From: Candidatus Eiseniibacteriota bacterium
GTDB lineage: Bacteria; Orphanbacterota; Orphanbacteria; Orphanbacterales; Orphanbacteraceae
Assembly (NCBI GenBank): GCA_043809585.1
Contig: JBDROZ010000069.1
Location: 1 to 64,000, forward strand
Direction: 5' to 3'
Length of the DNA stretch: 64,000 nt
Of the stretch, positions 38,947 to 48,898 are shown piece after piece; position 1 is the stretch's first letter; each line of letters opens with the position of its first letter. Below the pieces are notes generated by a model. That model was given only the letters and a program-made list of their open reading frames with translations, was not told where the DNA came from and made no database searches. The translations under genes and the position numbers were made by a program.

Positions 38947-40731
38947 CTACTCGGCGGCGGCGGCTTTCAGCTCCTTCAACCGGGCGTTCGCGATCTCGAG
39001 CAGTTTCCCTATGCTCTCTTTCTCGGCCGGGTCTTCGATGGAGTCCATCCGCATAGAGAACATGCCGATCATCTGCCCCAGCTGGGCCGCGTCCGTCATG
39101 GAGCGGATCATCCCGGCGGTCTTTGCGAACTCCGGGTCCCCCTCTTCCGCGGAGCCGTCGCCGGTCTCCTTCGGGTCGATGAGGAGAACGTTGCGCTGCT
39201 CCCGGGAAAAGTACGTGTTGGCCACGCGAAGGATGTCGCGGGCCGTCACCAGGTCGCACATGTCCGGGTTCCGGTTCGCCTCCGTCCAGTCGCCGAGAGC
39301 CGCGTTCTGCCCGAGGTAGAAGAGGATGCCGATGCCGGACATGGTGTCCATGAACCGGATCTTGTCGACCCGGAGCTGGTTCTTCACCTTCCGGAGCTCC
39401 CCGTCCGACACGGGATTCCTTTTCAGATCTTCGAGGACCTCGTCGATGGCCGCTTCCAACCGTTCGGCCCGGACGCCTGACGTCCCGGTCGCGTAGAGCC
39501 GGAAGGCGCCGGCGTACTTGCGGGAGTCCTGTTCGGCGCCGACTTCGAGACCCTCACCGCCGAACATGCCCCGACGGGAGGCCGATCCCTTCGCGATCCC
39601 CTTCTCCTCGACGAGGTTCGCGTAGAGCCGGCCGGTCTTGCCGCTCAGGATCTTCGCCAGAACTTCGAGGGCGTAGCCGTCCGGATGCTTCCACGGCGCC
39701 GTGTGGTACCAGATTTGCGTTTCCGGGCTGGTCTCGGCGGTGGCGACCATCCGCTTCTCCGCGTACTGCCTCTCCTCGAGGGTGACCACATCGGGCGGCT
39801 CGACCGTTCCCCGGGGGATGCGCTCGAAGTAGTCGCGGATCATCCCGATCGTCCGGTCGGTGTCGATGTCGCCGACGAGGATCATGGTCAGGTTGTTGGG
39901 GGCGTAGTAGGTGTCGAAGTAGCGCTCGGCCTGCTCCCGGGTGATGTTCTCGAGATCCGAGGGCCAGCCGATCACGTCCCAGTGATAGGAGGAGGACTTC
40001 CAGAACATGGCGGCGAAGTCCTCCTCGATCAGGCCCGTCGGCGTCGATTCCACGCCGAGCCGCCGCTCCTCGCGCACCACGTCCCGCTCCGAATAGAACT
40101 CCCGGAAGACGGGCTTCATGAAGCGGTCCGACTCGAGCCACATCCAGAGTTCGAGCTTGTTCCGAGGGACCCTCACGAAGTAACCGGTCATGTCCTCCGA
40201 TGTGAAGGCGTTCAGGAAGAACCCGCCGTTCTTGGAGTAGATCTCGTTCAGGTGGTTGTTGATCAGCAGTTCCCTCTGTTCGAGAATCTTCTCGTCGAAC
40301 GCCGCGCTCAGCTCCCGGTACCGGTCCGACTTCGCCTCGGGCTCCGACAGGCTCGAGATCCTCCCCCGCCGGTAGTCCTCCCGCATGGCCCGTTCCTCGA
40401 TCCGGAGCAGTTCCCGGATCGAATCGAGGCGGGCGATGATCTCCCGGTCCCGCACGATGTCCTTCGTGCCGATCGTCTCGGTCCCCTTGAACATCATGTG
40501 CTCGAAGAGATGGGAAATGCCGGTGATGCCGGTCGTCTCGTTGGCCGATCCGACCCGGGCGAAGATCGCCGCCATGACGGTCGGGGCCTCGTGGCGCTCG
40601 ACCAGGAGGACCTGCATGCCGTTGTCGAGACGGTACTCCCGGGCGTCGATGCTCTGCCCGTGGGCCGTCGAAACGACGCCACCGATCGCCGCCGCGCAGA
40701 AGAAAGCCGCCCGAACCGTTCGTCCGCTCAT
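38947..40731 (-). CDS. M16 peptidase, catalytic subunit
   Basis: GISHLFEHMMFKGT (HxxEH), NAFTS, ERDVVREERR. Confidence 0.92.
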   Translation of the reverse strand: MSGRTVRAAFFCAAAIGGVVSTAHGQSIDAREYRLDNGMQVLLVERHEAPTVMAAIFARVGSANETTGITGISHLFEHMMFKGTETIGTKDIVRDREIIARLDSIRELLRIEERAMREDYRRGRISSLSEPEAKSDRYRELSAAFDEKILEQRELLINNHLNEIYSKNGGFFLNAFTSEDMTGYFVRVPRNKLELWMWLESDRFMKPVFREFYSERDVVREERRLGVESTPTGLIEEDFAAMFWKSSSYHWDVIGWPSDLENITREQAERYFDTYYAPNNLTMILVGDIDTDRTIGMIRDYFERIPRGTVEPPDVVTLEERQYAEKRMVATAETSPETQIWYHTAPWKHPDGYALEVLAKILSGKTGRLYANLVEEKGIAKGSASRRGMFGGEGLEVGAEQDSRKYAGAFRLYATGTSGVRAERLEAAIDEVLEDLKRNPVSDGELRKVKNQLRVDKIRFMDTMSGIGILFYLGQNAALGDWTEANRNPDMCDLVTARDILRVANTYFSREQRNVLLIDPKETGDGSAEEGDPEFAKTAGMIRSMTDAAQLGQMIGMFSMRMDSIEDPAEKESIGKLLEIANARLKELKAAAAE

Positions 40732-41019
40732 CCGTCTCTCCTCCCCCCCCGGGCCCGGCGGAGCCGTGGAACCCGGGATATCGCGCTTGGTTGGCCGGGG
40801 AGCCCTCCCAGCGGGCGGAATCGCAGGGCCGGGAGGACCCGCGGGCGCCATGGTCGCGCCCGGAAACAGATTACCAGACCCGCCCTCGTCGAAACAGGGG
40901 GAGGAGACCCCCACCGCGGCGACGCCGGCGATCCGCCGGGCGCGGGGAGGCGATCGGTGGTACACTGAAATCGAGAATCGAGACATCACTCCCCGATCTT
41001 CGGAAAGGAAGGGGGCGCC

Positions 41020-41898
41020 GTGATTCGACCGCAAATCCGGTCCGCGCTATGGATCGGCTGTCTGTTCGTCCTGCTCGTCGCGTGCGGCGACAACGGGGGG
41101 ACCCGGACGCCCTTCGTGGACGATGGGGACGACGGCGGCACGACGGGAAACACCGCACCTGTCGACACGTCCGGAGGGGGCGGAAACGGCGGCGACCCCG
41201 GTGTCGCCGAACAGAGCTGCGAGAAGAACGCGACCATTCGAACGGGAGAGTACGGGCTGCTCAACAACAAGCACGGCGAGCACCGCCTCGTCGAGGGGGA
41301 TGTTTACGAGCAGTGCATCCGCAGGGAAGCGGGGGGCTTTCCCGTCTCGTGGCGCTGGAAGCTCGACACCGATGAGCCCTACGTGAAGGGGTTTCCCCAG
41401 ATCTACTACGGCCGGCATCTCTGGACCGAGGCGACCGCCGCCGATCTCTTCCCCGCGCGAATCGACCGCATCGACTCCCTCGTGGTCCGGCACGACGTGC
41501 TCCTGAAAGTGGAGGGGACCTTCAATCTCGCCTTCGATCTCTGGGTCACGGCGGACGACACCCCGGCCCCGGAGGAACGGACTCACGAGATCATGATCTG
41601 GCTCGACGGGAACATACCGGTCGACGGGGACCGGATCGAGGAGGTCGTGATCGGCGGGGATCCATACGACTTCTACCGGTGGGAGCACCGGTCGGGCCAC
41701 ATGTTCCTGATGTTCGTCGCCCGGGATCCCCGCCCCTCGGGAACCACCGACCTCGGCGGATTCCTCCGGTACCTGCGAGGAAACGGCGACCTGTCGGCGG
41801 ACGGCTACCTCGCCGTCATCGAGCTCGGCACGGAGATGTGGGACGGGAACGGTTCGATCACGGTGAACGACTTCGAAGTGTCGATGACGACCGGGTAG
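41020..41898 (+). CDS. GH12-like glycoside hydrolase lipoprotein
   Basis: LLVAC lipobox, NLAFDLW, HEIMIWL, IELGTE. Confidence 0.8.
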   Translation: MIRPQIRSALWIGCLFVLLVACGDNGGTRTPFVDDGDDGGTTGNTAPVDTSGGGGNGGDPGVAEQSCEKNATIRTGEYGLLNNKHGEHRLVEGDVYEQCIRREAGGFPVSWRWKLDTDEPYVKGFPQIYYGRHLWTEATAADLFPARIDRIDSLVVRHDVLLKVEGTFNLAFDLWVTADDTPAPEERTHEIMIWLDGNIPVDGDRIEEVVIGGDPYDFYRWEHRSGHMFLMFVARDPRPSGTTDLGGFLRYLRGNGDLSADGYLAVIELGTEMWDGNGSITVNDFEVSMTTG

Positions 41899-41908
41899 GA
41901 GCGGGGCC

Positions 41909-42910
41909 TCAGCACTCGGCCCTCAGGGGGCGGACCATGAGCCGGCGGATCGCCTCCGCAGGCCGGATCCCCTCGAAGAGCACTTGGTTCACCGCTTCGG
42001 TGATCGGCATCTCGACGCCCGTCCGGGCGGCGAGGGCGACCACGCTCGCCGTGGTGGCGGCCCCCTCGACGACGGAGTGGGTCGAGCCGAGCGCCTCCTT
42101 CACCGTCATCCCCCTGCCGATCGCCTCTCCAAAAGAGCGGTTCCGCCCCACCGGAGAGGTGCAGGTCGTCACCAGGTCACCGACGCCGGCCAGGCCCGCG
42201 AAGGTGGAGGCGAGCCCTCCGAGCGCCTCGCCCAGCCGGGTGATCTCCGCGAGCCCCCGGGAGAGAAGGGCGGCCTTCGCGTTGCACCCCGAACCCATGC
42301 CGTCCAGGATGCCCGCCGCGATGGCGATGACGTTCTTCGTCGCCCCGGCCACCTCGACGCCGGTCAGGTCGGGATTGGTGTACACCCGGAAGTAGGGCGT
42401 GGTGATGAGGGCCTGGACTCGCTCCGCGAGCGCCGGATCCTCCGACGCCACGGCGACGGTCGCGGGGAGCCGCCGGGCGATCTCGGGCGCGATCGACGGC
42501 CCGGAGAGGACCGCCAGAAACCGGCCGGGACACCCGAGCACCTCCGCCAGGATCTGGGTCGGCCGAAGCAGCGTCCCGTTTTCGATCCCCTTCGCGACGG
42601 AGAAGACCGGAAGGCCGGCGTGGTAGCGACCGGCGAGCCGGCCCCAGACGGAACGAATGAACTGGGTGGGCACGGCCGAGAGGGCGATGTCCGCCCCTTC
42701 GAGGGCTTCGTCCTCGTCGGCGGTGACTTCGACATTGTCCGGAAGAGGGAATCCGGGAAGGAAACGCACATTCTCCCGGGCGGCCGCCATCGCCGCCGCC
42801 TGCTCCGGGAAGGCGGACCAGATCCGCACGTCGTGGCCGTTCTCGGCGAGGAGAAGGGCGCAGACCGTGCCCATCGCCCCGTCGCCGACGACAGAGATCC
42901 TCTCTTTCAT
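41909..42910 (-). CDS. gpsA: NAD(P)H-dependent glycerol-3-phosphate dehydrogenase
   Basis: GDGAMGT, KGIE, LSGPS, KNVIAIAAG, GDLVTTC, RNR. Confidence 0.95.
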   Translation of the reverse strand: MKERISVVGDGAMGTVCALLLAENGHDVRIWSAFPEQAAAMAAARENVRFLPGFPLPDNVEVTADEDEALEGADIALSAVPTQFIRSVWGRLAGRYHAGLPVFSVAKGIENGTLLRPTQILAEVLGCPGRFLAVLSGPSIAPEIARRLPATVAVASEDPALAERVQALITTPYFRVYTNPDLTGVEVAGATKNVIAIAAGILDGMGSGCNAKAALLSRGLAEITRLGEALGGLASTFAGLAGVGDLVTTCTSPVGRNRSFGEAIGRGMTVKEALGSTHSVVEGAATTASVVALAARTGVEMPITEAVNQVLFEGIRPAEAIRRLMVRPLRAEC

Positions 42911-42976
42911 GGAGACGAGCCTACACCAGGATTCGGCCCCGGGCCAAACCGTTTCGCGGCCGACGTTGCCGCGGCG

Positions 42977-44053
42977 CTACCGGAAGATGCCCTTCACCCG
43001 CCCCCAAGTGGCGCTCTCCGCGGCGGTTCCGCCGCAGTACCCCTCGATGGAGAGGGTGTAGCGGTTCATGAAGTCGCACTCGACCCCCTCGAAGACCGAT
43101 GGTCCGACCCAGATCCAGTAGATTCCCGGGGCGAAGGTCCGGGTGAAGCAGATTTCATTGCACGGGTAAGCGTAGTCGTAATCGAGAATCAGGTCGTCAT
43201 CCTCGCACGGGTCGGGGCCCGGCGTCGGATTGCCGTCGAGGAGGAAGACGAGAAGGGGGAACTCGGCGATCGCACAGATGGTCAGGGTCTTCGTCTCGGC
43301 GATGGTGATTTCGTACCAGTCCGTGTCCCGCCAGGAGCCGTTGTCCTGCCAGGTGCCGGAAGCGCCGCAATAAACGACCGGGTCGGCGTCGCACTCGATC
43401 ATCTGATAGACGGTGGGGTTCGAGCCGCAACCTCCGTTGAAATCGTCCACGTAACCCGGCCCGCACCCCGTTTCTCCTTCGGGGATGGCCCCCTCGGGGC
43501 ATTCGATCCAGCACCCGTCCTGGTAGATGTCGAGAACGTAACTGCCGCACTCGCCGCCGTAGCCGTCGACGACGATGTAGTAGTTGTGGCCGCCGTAGAA
43601 GGGGACCGCTCCGAGGGAGGAGAGGTACGGGTAGGGGTAGTTCGGTCCGGAGCAGGCGTCGTCGTTGCAGACGTAGGGAAACCCGGGCGTGCATTCGTCC
43701 TGATAGATGTAGAGCTTGGTGTCGTAGTAGGAATCGCAGAGGTCGACATAGAGATACTCGTCGATCTGGGGCGTGAAGACGTAGACCACATCGGGCGAGA
43801 AGCTCGGCCCCCAGGGGCAGGTTTCTTCATAGTCGTTCACGTAGCCGCAGGTCGTTCCCGCGTCGGTGAAGGGGACCCCCGGAATGATCGTCGCGTGTTC
43901 GATGTCGTCTCCCCCCTGCCGGAGGGTGATCGGTTCGGAGCCGGGCGCCGTCTCCTTCACGCCGTCCCACCTCGGGTCGGTCGTGAAGCGGTTGTCGGCG
44001 CTCGCGAAGGGGACGAGGAGGATCAGGGCGGCGATGGCGAGAAGGGTCTTCAT
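42977..44053 (-). CDS. Secreted Cys/Asp/Tyr-rich repeat protein with TWGRVKGIFR tail
   Basis: Signal peptide, PPC-like segments (DVVYVF, DTKLYIY, CNDDAC, YYIVVDGY), terminal WG motif. Confidence 0.8.
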   Translation of the reverse strand: MKTLLAIAALILLVPFASADNRFTTDPRWDGVKETAPGSEPITLRQGGDDIEHATIIPGVPFTDAGTTCGYVNDYEETCPWGPSFSPDVVYVFTPQIDEYLYVDLCDSYYDTKLYIYQDECTPGFPYVCNDDACSGPNYPYPYLSSLGAVPFYGGHNYYIVVDGYGGECGSYVLDIYQDGCWIECPEGAIPEGETGCGPGYVDDFNGGCGSNPTVYQMIECDADPVVYCGASGTWQDNGSWRDTDWYEITIAETKTLTICAIAEFPLLVFLLDGNPTPGPDPCEDDDLILDYDYAYPCNEICFTRTFAPGIYWIWVGPSVFEGVECDFMNRYTLSIEGYCGGTAAESATWGRVKGIFR

Positions 44054-44199
44054 GGCGGAATCTCCTTGCGGGAGACGGAGCGGCCTGGCACCCCTCCGGA
44101 GAGTGATCGGCGACCGGGAATGTTTCAGGAATCACTTACCAGTTTATCACGATTCGCCGGTTCGGGCGAGCCGGTCCGGCCGGGAGAAATGGAAACCCT

Positions 44200-44281
44200 G
44201 GCCTTGATCTTTCATATCATCTCGGCGGAGAACGCTACCGCTCACGCGTTTTCACTCGCGATTTCTTGCCGGATCAAGGCC
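44200..44281. repeat. Hybrid MITE-like element
   Basis: GGCCTTGATC...GATCAAGGCC terminal repeats. Left end resembles 58694; right end resembles 9752-9771. Confidence 0.65.
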
Positions 44282-44399
44282 GGCCTGGCCTAACATGAAC
44301 TGTCCGTGGTTCTTTCGGGCGGTCCCGTCGACGGGCGGCTCCGTCCGGCTCCGCGGCGTCTCCTTATCGGTCCGGCGGAGGTAACGGGAGGCTCGAGGC

Positions 44400-45740
44400 A
44401 TGACGAGTTCGAAGGGCGGAGCGAATTCCCTCGATCGCCGGCTCCGGTCCGCGGGGGACCGGCGCTCGGCCGTCGACCGTCTGGCCGGTCGGGTTCCCCT
44501 TCCCGGTCCCCTGCGTCCGGGCCTGCTCTCCGTTCCCCGGGTCCTCGAGAGGGCGGGGGTGATCGGTTACGATCTGTGGGAGTCGATCAGGACCGGGCGG
44601 CCCGTGCCCTGGTTCGGCGAACCCCGGCGGGCGATTCAGGACGCCGAAGGGCCGGTCCCCCAGCACCCCCGCTACCTGACCTATTGGGACGACCCCGAGA
44701 ATCGGACCGTGATGGGCGTGCATCTCGGTCTCGACATCGTCCACCGGGACGGCCAGTTCCACATTCTCGAAGTGAACATGGACGCCGCCCTCCGGCCCCC
44801 GCGCCGGGCTCTTTACGAAGAACCGGTGGATCCTCTCTTCCGCGCGATCGCGGGGGCCGCCCGGCAGGGAGGATTCGGGAAAGTCGTTCTCCACCGGTAT
44901 GCCTGGCCCGCGCCCTGGCGGGCGGAGATCGCGCGGGCGGGGGAGGAGGCCGGGATCGAAGCATTGGCCGCCTCTTTTCCGTCGGCCTACCACAAGCCGC
45001 CCCATCCGCTCGGAGGGCTCCCGTCGCCGCCGCCCCGGGAGACGATGTTCGTCTTCTTCTCGTCGAGGAACACGCCGGTCGACTACTACGTGCACGACAA
45101 AGAGTGCACGGAGCGGTGGCTCGCTCGGGGTCTCGCGGGCAGGCGGAAGGGGGACCCGCCGCTTCACGGCGTGCCGAGTTTTGCCGCGCCCGATTTCCCT
45201 CTCCCCGACAACGGTCCCCGTTGGCCCAATCTGGTCGTCAAACTCGCCGACTATGACGGCGGAAAGTACGTCCGTCTCGCCCGCGTCCGGGACGAAGAGG
45301 AAGCGCGCCGCGCTTTCCGGATCGACGCCCCTGGAACGGTCCCGAAGGTCATCGCCCTCTCCCCCCTCCCCCGCCTCGTGAACCGCCTCACCAGCCGGGG
45401 CAAGGTGATCTTCCAGCCCTTCATCCCTTATTCCCTCGACGAACGTGAGCGTCCCGTGACGTACAGGCTCCACATCCTCGTCACCCCCCGGGCGACCGCG
45501 TTTCTCTCGGCCCACACCCTCGTCGGACCGGAGCGGATTCCCGAAGAGCTCCCATTCGGACTCGTCCCGGACCATCGCGTCTACGTGCTCAGCTTCTCCA
45601 AGGGCGCTTCCTACGGCAGGGTGCCCGGCAGGATCGAGGAGGAACTGCGAGCGATCGCCCCCCGGATCGGCGCGGTCGTCCAGAAGGCGCTGGACGCGCG
45701 GTTCGTGACCGGACGGGCGGGCGGAACCCGCGGCGGATGA
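44400..45740 (+). CDS. Probable circularly permuted ATP-grasp protein
   Basis: GLDIV...HILEVN occurs before VVKLADYDGGKYV, IFQPFI and YRLHIL. Confidence 0.55.
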   Translation: MTSSKGGANSLDRRLRSAGDRRSAVDRLAGRVPLPGPLRPGLLSVPRVLERAGVIGYDLWESIRTGRPVPWFGEPRRAIQDAEGPVPQHPRYLTYWDDPENRTVMGVHLGLDIVHRDGQFHILEVNMDAALRPPRRALYEEPVDPLFRAIAGAARQGGFGKVVLHRYAWPAPWRAEIARAGEEAGIEALAASFPSAYHKPPHPLGGLPSPPPRETMFVFFSSRNTPVDYYVHDKECTERWLARGLAGRRKGDPPLHGVPSFAAPDFPLPDNGPRWPNLVVKLADYDGGKYVRLARVRDEEEARRAFRIDAPGTVPKVIALSPLPRLVNRLTSRGKVIFQPFIPYSLDERERPVTYRLHILVTPRATAFLSAHTLVGPERIPEELPFGLVPDHRVYVLSFSKGASYGRVPGRIEEELRAIAPRIGAVVQKALDARFVTGRAGGTRGG

Positions 45741-45843
45741 ACTCCGATCGATCCGCGTCTTCTGATACAATGCCCGGAGACCGTCCGACCCTGATACCGG
45801 ATCGTGGCGAACCTCGTGAAGGGGCGCCGCGGGAGGCCGAGCG

Positions 45844-48810
45844 ATGGCTTTCAGCTTCCGATCGATCCTCTTCCTGATCCCCCTGTATATCGCGTTCTTC
45901 GCATCCGGGGCGAGCAGCCTGATCGCCGAGGTGACGTGGAACCGGATGCTGATCGTCGTGGTGGGCAACTCGATGAGCGCCGCGGCGATGATCATCTCGA
46001 TCTTCATGGGCGGCCTCGGTCTCGGTAGCTACGTCGGGGGAAGGTACTTCGGCAAGCGGAAGCCCACTCTCGTTCCCTATATTCTGCTCGAGCTGACGAT
46101 CGGTGTTTACGTGCTCCTCTCGCCCGTCCTCTTCGACTTCTTCGCGGGCTTCTTCACCTCCCTGGCGGAGAGCGTGGAGAACCGGAGTATTCTCACCTTG
46201 GTCCGCCTGGTGGTGAGCAGCGGCGCCCTTCTCCTGCCGGCATTCCTGATGGGCGTGACCTTCCCGGCCATCATTCACGGGGCCGCCCATCACTCGCCGC
46301 TCCGGCGGACCGGGCGGACCGGCTACCTCTACAGCACGAACACCGTCGGCGCGGCCATCGGCTGCTTCGCCGCCGGATACCACCTGCTCCTCGAGTTCGG
46401 CGTCCAGCTGACGCTCACCGTCGCGTTCGGCCTCTACATGCTGGCGGCCCTCTCCGCGCTCATGGCGAAACTGGCGGGGGGGAGGGGCGCCGCCAAAATC
46501 CCGAAAGAGGCGACGGAAGCCGCGCCATCCGCCCGGGACCCCGGCCTCCGGCGCTTTCTCTACGCGGCGACTTTCGGGATCGGCTTCGTCGCCCTCGCCT
46601 ACGAGGTGCTCCTCACCCGGCTCAGCATCCTCTATCTCGGGAACAGCGTCTCCGTCTTCCCCCTCGTTCTCACCGCGTTCCTCCTCGGGACGGGAATCAG
46701 CGCGGTCCTCGGGACCGGTCTCTACGGCGCGCTCCGGCGGCGGCGGAAGGGAGGGAACCGGCTGTTCGGGATCACCGCCCTCCTGGCCGGCGTCTTCGTC
46801 CTCGTCATTCCCTACATCCTGCTCACGGACCGGATCGTGAGCAGCGGAGAGTACGCCCGGTTCGGCGACGCGGCCCCCCGGAACCCCTTTCCCATACTCG
46901 GCGTGATCATTCTGCCCACGATCCTGATCGGCGGCCTCCTCCCCCTCGCGATCCGCATGCTCCGGCCGGAAGGGCGGGGGGAGGCGACCCGGGAGGCGGC
47001 GACGCTTTACACGCTGAACACGGCGGGGGGCCTGATCGGAGCGGGAATCGCGAACCACTATCTCGTTCCGGCGATCGGGATCCAGGGGGCTCTCCTCTCC
47101 CTCACGGCGGTGTGCGCGGCGGTCGGCCTATATCAGCTCGTCGGGGCTGGGCGCGGCCTTCCCCGCCTCGCGGCCGCCGGCGCCATGATCGTCATCCTCG
47201 TCGCCCTCCTCGCCGCTGTGCTCCCGGACATGATGCATCTCTACGCCGGCAAGATCGCGAAGGGGACCCGGGCGGAGGCGGTGGAGGTGCTGCTCGTCAG
47301 GGAGGGCCGGGCCGCGACGGTCACGGTGCTCGACCAGAAGGACCCGAGGAAGGGGTCCTACAGGGACATGTACCTGAATGGTGTCGAGGAGGCGTCCACC
47401 CGCTACTGGCACGCCCAGCTCTTCAAGCTCCTCGGGATCTTCCCCGTGCTCGTCCACGAATCGGAGGGGCCCAAGGATGTCATGGTGATCGCCTTCGGCG
47501 CCGGGATCACGGCGGGCTCCGTCCTCGCGTCCGACGAGGTGGGCTCCCTGGACGTGGTCGACCTCAACCCGGACATCGAGGGGATCAACGACCTCTTCAC
47601 GGAGGTGAACGGCGACGTCTACCACGAGCCCCGGTTCCACTTTCACAACGACGACGGGCGCAACTACCTCGTCACGACCCACAGGCGATACGACCTGATC
47701 ATCGGCGACTCGACCCACCCCCGCGCGTACGACAGCTGGATCCTCTACACCCGGGAGTTCTACGAGTCGGCGAAGAAGCGGTTGAAGCCGGGGGGCGTCT
47801 TCGCCCAGTGGGTGCCGGTTCTCGGCTCCATGCAGGGGGAACTGATGCGGATCCACCTGAACACGTTCCGCACCGTCTTCCCACATACGACGGTCTGGTA
47901 CATCTACGGGTCGGACCAGGCCTTCCTGATGGCGACGCCCGAACCTCTCGCCATCGACGCGAATCGGCTCGAGGCGAAGCTCCGCCGCCTGCCCGGATGG
48001 TTCCGGGCGGAGGAGTACCAGATCGACACGGTCGCCCGGATCGGCGGGTTCTTCTGGATGGACGAGGCGGCCATGGAGCGGATGATCGGCCTGGAGACGA
48101 GGATCAACACCGACGGTGTTCACTACTTCGACAAACAGTCGGCGATCTGGCCGGCGCCCCCCCACCTCAGGCTTCCGAGTTTTCAGACGAGCGTCCTCCC
48201 CTACCTCTCTCCTATGAACGGGGAGCTCCGGGAGGCGGTCCGGGCCGAACAGGCGGTGGCCCTCTCCCTCGCCCGGTACGGCTTCTTCAATCAGAAGGCC
48301 GATCTCTACCGGGCGTACTGCGCCATGCCGGAGAACGGAAACGCCCGGTACTTCATGGGCCTGGACCAGGCGGGGGCGCCCCCCGATCCGGATGTCTTCT
48401 GCCGGGACGAGGAGGTGCGCCGCTACCGGGCGATCCTCGCCGACTACCCCGACGACGTGATGACCCTGAACGCCCTGGCCGACCGGCTCGCGGAGGCGGG
48501 GAAGCTGGAGGAAGCCCTGGCCCTCGCGCGAAGGGCGATCGACAGGGAACCCCGGAACGGGATGTTCCTCGACACCTACGGCTGGATCCTCCACTACCAG
48601 GGGAAGGAGGGGGAGGCTTTGGAGGCCCTTAACCGCTCACTCGCGGCCCTCCCCGATCATCCGATCGTGCTTTACCACCTCGCGGCCGTTCACGAATCGA
48701 TGGGGGACGGGCCCCGCGCGAAGGGGTACGCGGAGAGGGCGCTCCGGGGGGGCGGGGATTTTCCGTACGCCGCCGAAGCGCGGGAGTTGCTCCGCCGCCT
48801 CGGGGGCTGA
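45844..48810 (+). CDS. Membrane-fused spermidine-synthase-like protein with C-terminal TPRs
   Basis: ASGASSLIAEVTWNR, LYSTNTVGA, FGAGIT, DDGRNYL, YDLIIGD; LDTYGW TPR. Confidence 0.85.
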   Translation: MAFSFRSILFLIPLYIAFFASGASSLIAEVTWNRMLIVVVGNSMSAAAMIISIFMGGLGLGSYVGGRYFGKRKPTLVPYILLELTIGVYVLLSPVLFDFFAGFFTSLAESVENRSILTLVRLVVSSGALLLPAFLMGVTFPAIIHGAAHHSPLRRTGRTGYLYSTNTVGAAIGCFAAGYHLLLEFGVQLTLTVAFGLYMLAALSALMAKLAGGRGAAKIPKEATEAAPSARDPGLRRFLYAATFGIGFVALAYEVLLTRLSILYLGNSVSVFPLVLTAFLLGTGISAVLGTGLYGALRRRRKGGNRLFGITALLAGVFVLVIPYILLTDRIVSSGEYARFGDAAPRNPFPILGVIILPTILIGGLLPLAIRMLRPEGRGEATREAATLYTLNTAGGLIGAGIANHYLVPAIGIQGALLSLTAVCAAVGLYQLVGAGRGLPRLAAAGAMIVILVALLAAVLPDMMHLYAGKIAKGTRAEAVEVLLVREGRAATVTVLDQKDPRKGSYRDMYLNGVEEASTRYWHAQLFKLLGIFPVLVHESEGPKDVMVIAFGAGITAGSVLASDEVGSLDVVDLNPDIEGINDLFTEVNGDVYHEPRFHFHNDDGRNYLVTTHRRYDLIIGDSTHPRAYDSWILYTREFYESAKKRLKPGGVFAQWVPVLGSMQGELMRIHLNTFRTVFPHTTVWYIYGSDQAFLMATPEPLAIDANRLEAKLRRLPGWFRAEEYQIDTVARIGGFFWMDEAAMERMIGLETRINTDGVHYFDKQSAIWPAPPHLRLPSFQTSVLPYLSPMNGELREAVRAEQAVALSLARYGFFNQKADLYRAYCAMPENGNARYFMGLDQAGAPPDPDVFCRDEEVRRYRAILADYPDDVMTLNALADRLAEAGKLEEALALARRAIDREPRNGMFLDTYGWILHYQGKEGEALEALNRSLAALPDHPIVLYHLAAVHESMGDGPRAKGYAERALRGGGDFPYAAEARELLRRLGG

Positions 48811-48898
48811 GCCGGGCGGGCGACGGGAGCGGCGCCGGAACTCTCCCTGTGATACAATTCCCCGCGGATGCCCGGAGGGCGAAACCCGCGAGCGAACC

